DNA of 59,087 nt, filler included, from Sphacelaria rigidula (lineage: Eukaryota), in assembly GCA_964200075.2 (NCBI GenBank). It is 7 parts of 7 records of this genome, joined end to end, with 100 filler letters (N's around TTAATTAATTAA, not from the genome) between each part and the next. Parts side by side here need not be neighbours in the genome. Positions count along the whole stretch, not along the records: positions 42,278 to 50,632 come from CAXNAA020011412.1; positions 50,733 to 59,087 come from CAXNAA020011413.1; 5 more parts are not named here. One strand, 5' to 3'. Positions 48,697 through 59,087 of the stretch are shown here, piece after piece (the first letter of the stretch is position 1; the number at the start of each line of letters is the position of its first letter). A model generated the notes under the pieces. That model searched no databases. It was given only the letters and a program-made list of their open reading frames with translations, and had not been told where the DNA came from. The position numbers were made by a program, and so were the translations under genes.

Positions 48697-51600
48697 GGGG
48701 GGGGGTGGGGGGGGGGGTGGTAATACCTCCTTCGATTTGTCTTCAGCATCGTTGAGGAAGTCTTTCACTACGAGCTGGGCCAGCCAAAAGTGGGTATAGG
48801 TATCGTCAATGCATGGGTATCCTTACGATGTACCCCTTGGATGGTGAGGTGCAACAACAAATTTAGTTTGTAAGAAGACAAAACGGTGGATACCATCCCC
48901 ATGGACGAATATTTTCCTATCCCTGGGATATCCATGGGCCCAACCTCCCCATGAGATTCCTTGAATGCTCCGAAGAGGTTTCCTCTATCGCTAGTAGTAC
49001 GCGACATGCCCTCAATTGCGACAATGAGGTCTTCAATATGTATGAAACAGCCGAAGCAATATAGCGGGATAATAATATTGGCCCGCATGTTTTTCTTGTT
49101 GGCGGTCGCCCCGGTGCACACACGCACACACAAACACACACAGTCGAACGATTTGGTCTGGACCTGTCGGTTGAAGTGCTGAGACTTCATTTATTTGACA
49201 TTTACACAGCCAGACTTCACGTGGTTTGGCCGCAAAGGTTTTTTTGCCCACTCACAGCACTTATTCGATGGCTCTGGTGCGATTTTCGAGATACCTCTAT
49301 TTTTATACAGTACTAGTACTACTGTAGCCCATCCATCTTCAAAACCCCCAATAATTGGTAATCTCGAATGTAACAAATGTTATTTTCCAGAGAAAGAACG
49401 GTCATTACCATTGCAAAATAGCACCTAGAGTTCGACGTCCCCTGGCGTCCCCACCAAATCTCCATTGAGAAACCATATACTTATATATACTCGATCGGAG
49501 TCAGAGTTAGGCCTGCGAGACTCGAATGTGCCTCCTATATTATACATATGTGGTGGGATTGAGGCGATCATAACATGAATTCCACCTTTCCATGGCTTCG
49601 TATAAACAATATCAGATATTTGATTGTTTTGGGGTAGAGAACAGGTTGATTCCTATAAACCACGGACTCGTCGCGAGAAAGATAAGGAGTTAAGGGTAAA
49701 AAGAAACTGCCTCACGAAGTATTGTGACTCCATGCTCCGCCACACGTTGTTTCTTACAGGCGTGCTAAACAGCGTGACACTAAATCATAGTCAACGCCTC
49801 CGGGTTGTCCAAAAACTCCCATAACACCCCAGCAATAGCCAGGGCGCGATGCCAGGCAAGTGCAGCAAGATATTGGAGAGGGAGAGCAAGAAGGTGAAAA
49901 GCTGCGGACCAATTGGTTGGGTTTCCAGTTTCGGGTAAAGGTAAGTGATTATCGTTATGGGTACAAGTCCTTGTCAAATGTGCGGCTACAGGGAGGCAGA
50001 GTGGATCCCGCACACCCTGCACGAGTAAAGTAAACTGTCTACTGTAAAACTACTATATTCCGAGAGTAGGCTCTGGGCAGAGGAACAAGGTGTAGATAAA
50101 AGCGAGCACCATCTACAAATACCGCACCACCTCATGGGTGACGCGTGCGTTCTTTCCCTGCAGAGCGCACCATTTGTGCTCGTTGCTGTTGCTGACTACA
50201 CTCTGGATATCTGTGGTATCAGTTCAAGTATGTGGTGTCATGCTCTCTGAGCACCCAAAGCGACGTATGCCCATATGTTCCACCCTCCGTGTGCAGATGG
50301 TGTGCTCAACCCCTTTGCCGCGGGACCCATCAGGTAGGCCATACATGGGCACCCAAAAACGGCAGCTTTGCTCGCATTGACAATGCCAAGAGTAATAAGT
50401 GAGTGGTTTTGAAGAATACTGAACGCCAGAGCGGCAAGGCAAAATCGAGCAAAAACTCTTCAGGTTCAACACGTGCATCCAACGTCACATTTGCCCAAAG
50501 CGGCCTTCGTGCCAGTGCTTGGTGACAGCGCTGTCAGGGGTGGATAATAAAAAAAAACTCGCGTCCCCTCCCCCCCCCCCCCCCCCGGGGGGCCCCCCCC
50601 CGCCGCGCCGAGCGCCCCCTGCCCCCCCCCGCNNNNNNNNNNNNNNNNNNNNNNNNNNNNNNNNNNNNNNNNNNNNTTAATTAATTAANNNNNNNNNNNN
50701 NNNNNNNNNNNNNNNNNNNNNNNNNNNNNNNNAGCATAACTGCTGCAGCACTCCGTGCATCCTCTTCATGACCGTAGAACCAGGGACAGACAGTACAGAC
50801 AGTGCAGTGCTTTTTTGCCGGCAGCGTTGTTACCGTAAAATAGCACCATGTCGCCCCTGCTGGCTGCGTTGAATATGCTCGTATCGTTTCATACTCGTCG
50901 TGCCCGCCACCGATCGCGGACTCTGTAGTGTTCTGCGTACTCAGACGGTTGTTACCGCACTAACTGTCACGTGAATTCTTTGTGTGTGGTATGGCACAAA
51001 CCGTCTGCTGCACACATTGCGCCGCTTGCGACGCGACTTCTGTACCAAGCGGCGATCAGCTGAAGTGAGGGTTGATACGCCCATCATTTCGATCCCTATA
51101 GCGGAGTATACCAGTAGCTACTGTGCGTGTGCGTGTGCGTGTGTGTGTTTGTGTGTGCGTGTGTGTTGCCATTTCATCCACCCTGTACTTTGACAGGAGT
51201 ATTGACGTGTTGGTTTACCGCGGGCTCGCCTCAGGTGGCACAAGCACAAAATGCAAATGATGACCGCTAGCAGCGTCTGCACGCAGGCTAGATGATGGCC
51301 TCGGGTGTACAAATCCCCAGGATTTTTTCGTAGACTATGAGGTGGAGTTCTGAAAACTGATTTCTCTGGAGAAAGTCTGTGAGAAAAGTCATTTTGGACG
51401 ACTTTTCTCAGAGACTTTTTACAATCTATGAGAAGCGGCCTTGAACAACAATATGGCTATGTCACCATTTTTGTTTGTTCATTGCGGTCAGTATGATTCC
51501 ACATTTGTATATATTGGCTGGGTATTGCGTTCGTCATCAGCCGGGGAATAAATTTTGGGTATTCAATCTGAACCAGCCTGTAAGATACACGACAAACCCA

Positions 51601-51710
51601 TCACCGAGGAAGCCACCACAAACAAGGTAGCTACAGGGCAGGGCCACGACGGGTAGAACGGCGCACAAAAACTACAAAGTGTACATGTCATGAATGTACG
51701 AGGTTCTCAC

Positions 51711-54700
51711 CTCCGTGCCTTGGCTTCTGCAACGCGATGCCGCTCCGTGTCTTTTTCCCGCTGCTCACGGCGTGCTTTCTCGCGCTCGAAACGGCGGGTC
51801 TGCGTATGGCATCATGTTGGCATGATGTCGGAACCGAACAAAACAGCACGGCCATCCGAAAGCGGTGACGTCAAGCACAGTCATAGAATATTTTGCTTGA
51901 TCGCCTGGCCAAAGCTCAAATGAACGGGGCTTGGCTTGTGGAATGGTTCGATTATATACTTCATTCCACGACACAAGGGACTTCGCGAGCGCTTTATCCT
52001 TGACTGCAACTATAGCGCGCCGAGTGGAGACATGGTTGATGCCTGCATAACAATAGGCTTGGCGACACTTGTGTAAACATCCCACAATGCCCATGCTAGA
52101 AAAATTCAACATAGTTGCGTACGGAATGAACAGTGGCAACGAATTAGCCATGAAAACGACACTAAATAGAGCTAGTCAGGGATGCAGTGATGGCCGGCAG
52201 CTACTACGCATGCACCCACTGTAGCTCAGCATACCGGAAAGAGCACCAGTGCATTTCTGATCAGGAGAAGCAGGACCATCAAACCTGTTCATCTGAGGAA
52301 AACAACATCGCCGAGTGAACTAAAAGAGTGCACTGATTTCACCTTCTCCACCTCGCTATCCGCCATTCTCTTCTCGTGCGCCTCCTGCTGTCCACGCTGC
52401 TGCGGCTGTTGGCGCAGCACTTGCTGTCGCGGTGGCTCAGTCCCCTTCCCGTTACCCTTTTCCATATCCCTCCGCTGCTGAACGGCCAAGTCCCGCTCTC
52501 GCTCGTCTCGCGCTCGTATCGCCTCCCGATCTTCATCTTGGACACTGAACCCAACAACACCGCCACCGCCCCCGCTGCCCGTGCTAGGGGCACTCGAGGT
52601 GGACACCCCACTTGTCGAATGATGTGTCACCGCCGCCGGCTGTTCCAGCTGTACAGCGTGCGCAGCACCTTGTCCTCCTTTGCAAGAAGACGGTGATTCT
52701 CCCCCGCGTCCCAAAGTGTCAACTCTGTTCGCCGGGGATCCCGCCTTCGGAGCTTCGGCTTGCCCGGCGGTGAAGCTGGGTGACGGCGGCGGCACAATCG
52801 CCGTAGCGGTGGCGGCGGCTGGTGATGCTCCAGAGCCTTGCTGTGGACCAGCACTGACGCTGCCAGCCGAGGACGGGCGGGGGGATGCGGCGCTGGCTGT
52901 GGAGGTTTCGGCCGGCGACACGGGAGGCTCGTCAAGCGGGGACACTCGCCGGCGGCTGGACGCAACCTGGGCTCCTTCCCACCGATCTCGGCCGTGGCTG
53001 TTACTGTTGCTGCGGTGGCCGTCTTCGTGCGAGTCTGGTCCATGGGATGATACCTGTCGAGAGGCAACAGCGGGACGCATGCCTCGCTCCCACGTCTTAC
53101 TGAAGTCTCGCGCAGAACTGTCCCTCCTTCCGCCGCCGCCACGACCCCTCCCGCGTCCACCACCCCGCCCCCCGACCCACTCGCGTCGTTCATCCCACCC
53201 TCGGCCTCCTCCTTCTCCTCCACCCCGCCCGGCACCCCATTCTCGGCTTTGAACGCCCCCATGTCCCCTGCTACCTCCATCATGACCGTGGTTCCGAGCA
53301 TGCTCGAAACGCTTGGTACTCGTCATCGATTCTCGCTCATCATGCTGCACTTTGGGTGCATTACCTGGAGATTCCTCCGCGGGTACCTGCTGCTTTTTTG
53401 ACGACGCCTCCTGCGGCCCCATGCGTGGTGACGGTGATGGGGTGGGGTGGTCTGAGAGATTAGTTGTCTCGAAGGAGCGAGGGGAAGAGTGATGATTCGC
53501 AGGGTGGCGATGGCCATCCATGCGCGCGTCTTGAACAAGTGGTCGCGAGGGTCGGTCGTTGATACCCCTGGACTTGTCGCTGTCCTGAGAGTACGTGAGG
53601 CATGAACAGCAGCAGGGGTGGCGAGGATCAGGGTCACCAAACGGATTGGCACGCTTGTTGCGAACAGACATAGGAGCAGACGGATGGCCATCAATACAAC
53701 ACCAACAACTGCAACTCCGACAGAAACTACGGGGTACGTATCAGCCGCCACCCGGTGCCACGTGTTCTATGAGCCCACCCAGCGAATGATGCAATCATCA
53801 GAGCATGGGCACTCACGATATTCAGTCACACAATAGTTTCCGTGCGGATGCGGCCACTTGCAGGCCCCAAGTCGCGTCCTCACCAAAAAAGGTGGATGCA
53901 CAAAGCAGCAACACTGTAACCGAACACAACCACCGGCGGCAGAAAAGAGTCGGTACCATAGGCCATGACGTGCTGCACACCCTGCCATATTCATCACCCA
54001 CCTCTACATCCCGCATTTTTCCGGTCTTGTGATCAAAAATACGCCTTTGTTCGCGCTGTGGCGGTGGTCCACGCCCAGCCTCTGGCCAATCTCGCCCCAG
54101 CTCCACGCCTGTGCCGCGAGCGCCTTGGGGAAACCCGGCTCCACGAGAGTCGCCAACGGCAGGGTTATTGTGCATGTCTTCGTGACCAACACCCCCATCA
54201 CTTTTTTCCCGGTGATGGCTAGGGGGCACAAACAGACTCGAAAATGACCGCCCTGCTTCCTTACCTTTACCAAATGGTGACGGGGGTCCTACCGCCGAGT
54301 CTCCTGCACGCATCATGTGCGGGTTGCGGAAATCTTGCCCTGCCGTGCGATCATGCTCCACTAGACCCTTACTGCGATCCAGGAGCGTAGGGCCATTCGA
54401 AACCGACCCCCCTGTTCGTCCCGGGTTGGCAGCTTGCGCCCATGCCGATGGTGGCGACTGCTTGTCATTATCCACGCCACTTTTCTCGGCATCGGCCTGA
54501 GTATGACTGCCGGATGCCGAGCCGTCACGGCGCAAGGTGAGCCACTGCACCGACGTCTCGCCATGCGTTGTTTTGTCCGACAACGGTTGTACCGTAGTTC
54601 CGTGGAGGCCATGCTGTTTACCGGGTCGCTCTGCAAGCAGCAATCGAGAGGGCTCACCTCGCGTCTTTCCGTGAGGTTCTTTTGCTTTTGTTTCTTTGGG

Positions 54701-57700
54701 TGAATCCCGAGCTGATGGCGCTTGTTGCTTGCCGGCTTGTGAATCTGACAAGCCGACTTTCCCGGCGATCACAGGAGACGCTGGCGGAATTTGCCTTGCT
54801 TGGATTAAGCGAGCGCCGGTGCTAGCCTCAACAACTTCCTCTTGCCCCCGACCGAGCACTGCGGTGACCTTCGGCTGTGGTTTCACTTTGGGTTGATGAT
54901 TACCCGATGACCCCCGAATCCCCGTCGCCGGACTCAACGCAGCTGCCGCTGCTAGCTGCGCAGCTCGCTCCCTCTCCACATCTTCCTGTCTACGGTAGGG
55001 GTCATCCCGGCCGTACCCATCGGGCTCGTAGCCTCTGCCCCCGGCATCTCCCCGATCGTCTCGCTCCTGCATCTGGCTGCTGGAATTGTTAGCTTTTACA
55101 GGCGAGTCCGCGGCGGCCGGTCGCGGGGTCGTGTCGGTATGACGGGACGGAGAAGGTTCTGGGTGCGCACGAGCTGTTTGCCGGCGCTCGGCTTCCGCTT
55201 TCATATTTCGTTCGTTTTCCTCCTTTTCCGCGCGAAGTCGTTCCAACTCCATTCTTGCCCGCATTGCCACCTCCTTTTCTACCTGGAGTCGCGGAGACAA
55301 CGCGGGGTATTGTAACGGGATCATACACGGTGTCATGCAGGCCACGTATGCACAGTTTTGGAGGTACATCAGCTTCCGCACACGAAAAATTGTACACGAT
55401 AGATTCAGGCGTACCGTGCAGCAGAGCGTATGCGCATGCATACGCACGAGAGGTACGCCGGTGGTTGAAATGTTGGAAGCGAACAGCTTCACCGATCGGG
55501 CCTACAAGTCAGTCATTCCGCCCGTACGATGTGCTCCGTTGCACTCGAAGACATTGATGACACATGGCAATACTGAAAATCAAGCAACACATTGGAAAGA
55601 AATCGAAACATCTCAGGTGATGGGCAGCACCATATTACCCTCCGTCGCTATGACCCACCTCGTCGCTTCGTTCAGCCAGTCGCCGCTCCCGCTCAGCAAC
55701 TGCCCGCGCATCCTCCGCTGCCCGCTCCGCCGCCTTCCGACGCTCCTCCTCGCTAGCGTGCCCCGGGGCTGCCGCTGCAGCTGCCGCCGGAACCGCCGCC
55801 GGAGCCACCGCCGGAGCCGGGCCGGTCACTGGCTCTTGCGCGGGCAACGCAATAGAAGATCGAGGCGCATCGTGTCCGTCGGGAGGGGGGCCGCCACGCA
55901 AAGCGGCAGCACGGTTTGCGGACGAGTAAGGGCGATCGACAGAAGAACCCGCCGACAGCGGCATCGGGCGAGGGCTAAGGTGCAAGCCTCCATCTCCTCG
56001 CTCTCGCGCACGCTCCCAATTTCTCCCGCCATCCCTATCCCTGTCGGGACCTCGGTCTCGGTTATCTCTGTCTGGCGGCACCCACTTCCTCCGGTGCTCC
56101 CAATCCAGCTCACGATCACGTCCCCCGCCCCCCCCTCGATCGCGTTCCCACCCACGCCCGCGACTTCCGTCCCACCGCGGCCCTCCCCCGCCGCCGGGGC
56201 CACCGCCGCTGCGACCAATACCTCCACTGCCGCGAAATTCGCCGCTATGATGCCTGTGATGACCATACCCTGATCCGCCCCGTCCCTCCCCCCTCATGCC
56301 CATGAACCCGTTGGACAACCCTCCGGCGGGGTAATTGCTGTTTGAATGGTGACTGATCGGGCCCGAACGAGGTCCGAAGGAGGAGCTCCTTCCTTCGCCC
56401 ATTCGCGATGAGATGGAGGGCGGGCCGTAAAAATCTCGTCCATCTTGCGGACCAGCTCTTACCCCGCCGAGAGGACTCGGATGAGCTTGAGAAGGGTCGC
56501 GCGCGGGAGGATCGCCCGGGGCAAGGCCTGGCGAAGACATTGAGGGCGCTGGCACCGGGTAGTTTGAAGGTGAACTTGAGGTAGACGCGGCTTGACGGCC
56601 TCGCGCATCGCGCGCAGGGTCGGTTCGGTCTTGAGGTCGCTCTTCGGATGCATCAGGTCCTGCACCCCCTAAAATGGAAACAAGCACAATACGACGCGCA
56701 CACAATGGGAGTGGAACGCAAGGTGTGTGAAGAGAGTGTGGCCCGTCGTTTCTCATCTCGAGGGGTCCCATGATTCCTCCAGGAAGGAATGACGAAATGA
56801 CAATAAACGGGAAAAAGCATAAAGAGGTGCCGCATGGTTACTCATCTACTGACTTTACTTATTGCTTGGGTACGTACGCCTACGTTTCCTCCCGCAATAC
56901 CGCCCGCAATCGTGCATCGCGCAGGTAGTCAGCAACAAAACAGTCAGAGCTTTGCGACAGAGTCCCTAGTTGTCGTGGTCAGGTCGTACCTCGGGGACGC
57001 AGCTGCGACGAGTTCTCTGTCTTGGATGACCCCCCCATCTCCAGGGGAAAATCGCTGTCGGTCAACACATGACCTGGCCTTGCATGCCCGCTTCCCAAAC
57101 CAAGCCCCGACCTTCCGTAGCCACCTCCGTCCCCAGAAGGCGAGCCATCCCGTCCAGACTGTACATCGTGAGGCCGACCGTCGTGGCTGTGCGCTAGTCT
57201 ACCCGATGGCGCTCGCTGGGGTGGATATCCCCGAGCGTCGCCCCCTCCCCCCCCCGGCCTATCTCTCAAAAAAGCGCTCTTGTTCGGGGGCACGTAACGC
57301 TCCGGGCGGGTGGCGGCGGGAGCGGTGGGTGGCGGGGGTGGTGGTTCGTCCTTTGGTGGCTGTTGGTGTCGATACAGCGCATGTTCATAGATAGGAAGCA
57401 AGCAAGAAAGGAAATATGTGGGGTTGAAGTGAGGGAGTGGAGTTGCCGAGGGAAAGACTGTACAAGTGATACAGTGTTGAGACACGTTAATTGCTGTCAA
57501 TGAAGAATGAAGCGATATTGTGGCCGTGGACATGGTTCGATAGCACTCTTTACCGACACAACTGTCGACCACAGACAGATATCCTGCCAGGAGGATTGTG
57601 ATACACGGCTCCCACCGTGCTGGGTGAATGTGCAACCCGGACGCAAGCCACCCTTTCATAGCAAACTGCGATGGGTATAATTATTGGTGTGTCACCCTCG

Positions 57701-58739
57701 CCCAACTTCTGGAGCGCGGTCCGATAACAACGCGGGTGCACCACAGTAACAAGCACACCGGTGCCGACAATAAAAGTAATGCACTTGGTACAGTACAATG
57801 TATCACATTTAACAAAAAAATAGAGTGCGAATACCTGTGCAGTGGGAGCAGGTTGCTTGTTGGCACCCCATCCAACCCCTCCCGAGGGGACCAAGGGCAC
57901 GCTGATATCCTGCCCGTTGTTTTCGCGGCGGAGACTGGGGGTATTGACTGGGACAGGAGTAGACAGGTTTCCTGACGCCGCAGAATCTCTGTTCTTGTTG
58001 CCCAGAACGAGTAATCTACCTCCGGCGCCGTAGGCAGGACGCACAACATCTGCTCTATCCACGCCCCTGCTCGAAAAAACGAAGGGGGTCAAGAGGAGGG
58101 CACGGAAAAAAAAGGAGGAGGGTTAAAACACCAGAAATCTCAAAACCAGAGGCGTACGACAATGTTCTTGATGTCACGTCTGGCGACATGTCTTCATGTG
58201 TGATCATGCCTACTTTTTGACGGAGAAGGACCAACAAAACACGTCGTTCTTGTGGGGAAGAGTACGACGAATGGAAGGCACTCCAGGGTAGCGACAGCTC
58301 AACATAGCCGAAAGCACTGTGAGGCTCACACAGAGGACGCACGCACGCAAATCCGAGTCTGCTGACGCTAGCGCAGTGTCCAACATACGCGAAGAAGCGA
58401 CGTGAACTAGCCAAAACAATTCGGCACGTCGGCGGCGTCGCCCGCGATGTGCGGAGCCTTCTCTCCCCCCTCGGACTCGGCTACTAAACTTGACCCTTAC
58501 TCCTTACCCCCTCACTATTCCTATGCGCTCAAGTTGAGTGGCTGGGAGCAAAAAAATAGTGTCACATCATCTACAACAGTTCATTTACTCTGATACAAGG
58601 CAGCGCAGTTGAATGGGGTACTGTACAGTTCAAATCCACACATTACCTTTGGACAGCCGGTGCCTTGGTCACAGCGTTGAGGTTCTTGCTGGCAAAACTC
58701 CGACGACTCCCCGTGGCTGCTGGTGCATCTTGTGAGCTG
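51711..58739 (-). CDS. PRRC2/BAT2/MOS1-like low-complexity protein with BAT2 N-terminal motifs (partial, at least 7 exons)
   Basis: Phase-consistent GT-AG exons (-): 58739(or 58736)-58647, 58066-57835, 57359-56990, 56668-55659, 55282-54002, 53584-52343, 51799-51711. N-terminal RRSFASKNLNAVTK, GRLLVLG and PVPVNTPSLRRENNGQDISVPLVPSGGVGWG match BAT2_N; then RGG-rich, Pro-rich and charged coiled-coil segments. Start and 3' end not located. Confidence 0.85.
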
Positions 58740-59029
58740 CTGTGTAAACATAAAAGGATCCGAAAGTTGCAGGTTGTTATTCGTGTTTCACTCAATCCAT
58801 CAACACAGAGACAACGGGGGGCACTGTACTCGCTAGCGTGTCACAGAACACCGAAGACCGACAGTGTTTCCATTTGGGGAAAAGAGCACCTGTCAGGTCA
58901 AGGGGATCAGCGGCTTGTGGGTATTGAGTAATTTACGACGAAAAAGTGGCGTGCTTAACTCAAGTATCAAACGGAACGCCAGTGTTTCATCATCTCTTTT
59001 TAAAGTGGAAAAATAGTAAAAAAAGGCGG

Positions 59030-59087
59030 GGCGGGTGTACTCATGATCATGCATGCCATAGTCGTAAGACCGTTGACCTCGCACCCT
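59030..59087 (+). repeat. Interspersed repeat family C copy (truncated at window end)
   Basis: GGGTGTACTCATGATCATGCATGCCATAGTCGTAAGACCGTTGACCTCGCACCCT. Confidence 0.85.

Noticed and set aside
48540..48720. Poly-G tract / poly-Pro ORF as a functional G-quadruplex
   Set aside because: It surrounds a 10-N assembly gap (48632-48641), so the sequence is unreliable.
47100..50500. Protein-like fragments on the minus strand
   Set aside because: Interrupted by stops, no family motif and no phase-consistent exon chain found; needs tBLASTn or RNA-seq.
52376..57394. Long plus-strand ORFs (52680-53252, 55335-56273, 56834-57394)
   Set aside because: Antisense shadows of GC-rich exons of the minus-strand gene.

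Overview
Eukaryotic, intron-rich and transposon-rich DNA. Base composition, long introns and TE types suggest a brown alga (Phaeophyceae); this is inference. The window is not contiguous. It is seven pieces of 8355-8356 bp joined by six identical 100-nt linkers (N44-TTAATTAATTAA-N44), so no gene order across linkers can be inferred. Three partial spliced host genes are recognisable: a CIA30/NDUFAF1-like gene (+), a DUF2237 gene (+), and a PRRC2/BAT2/MOS1-like gene with at least 7 exons (-). The rest is mostly decayed retroelements (two Ty1/copia remnants, an RTE LINE, a second APE-RT LINE, small fragments) and non-autonomous TIR elements, several with target-site duplications. I found no intact novel enzyme system. 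The most notable structures are: (1) a TIR-bounded element carrying a CRISPR-looking array of a palindromic 12-mer at a 42-43 bp period with variable spacers; (2) a tRNA-headed short repeat family with an internal T-run and a conserved terminal hairpin; (3) a four-level nest of elements whose empty sites are visible in the window; (4) a few compact, highly base-paired candidate RNAs next to retroelements.
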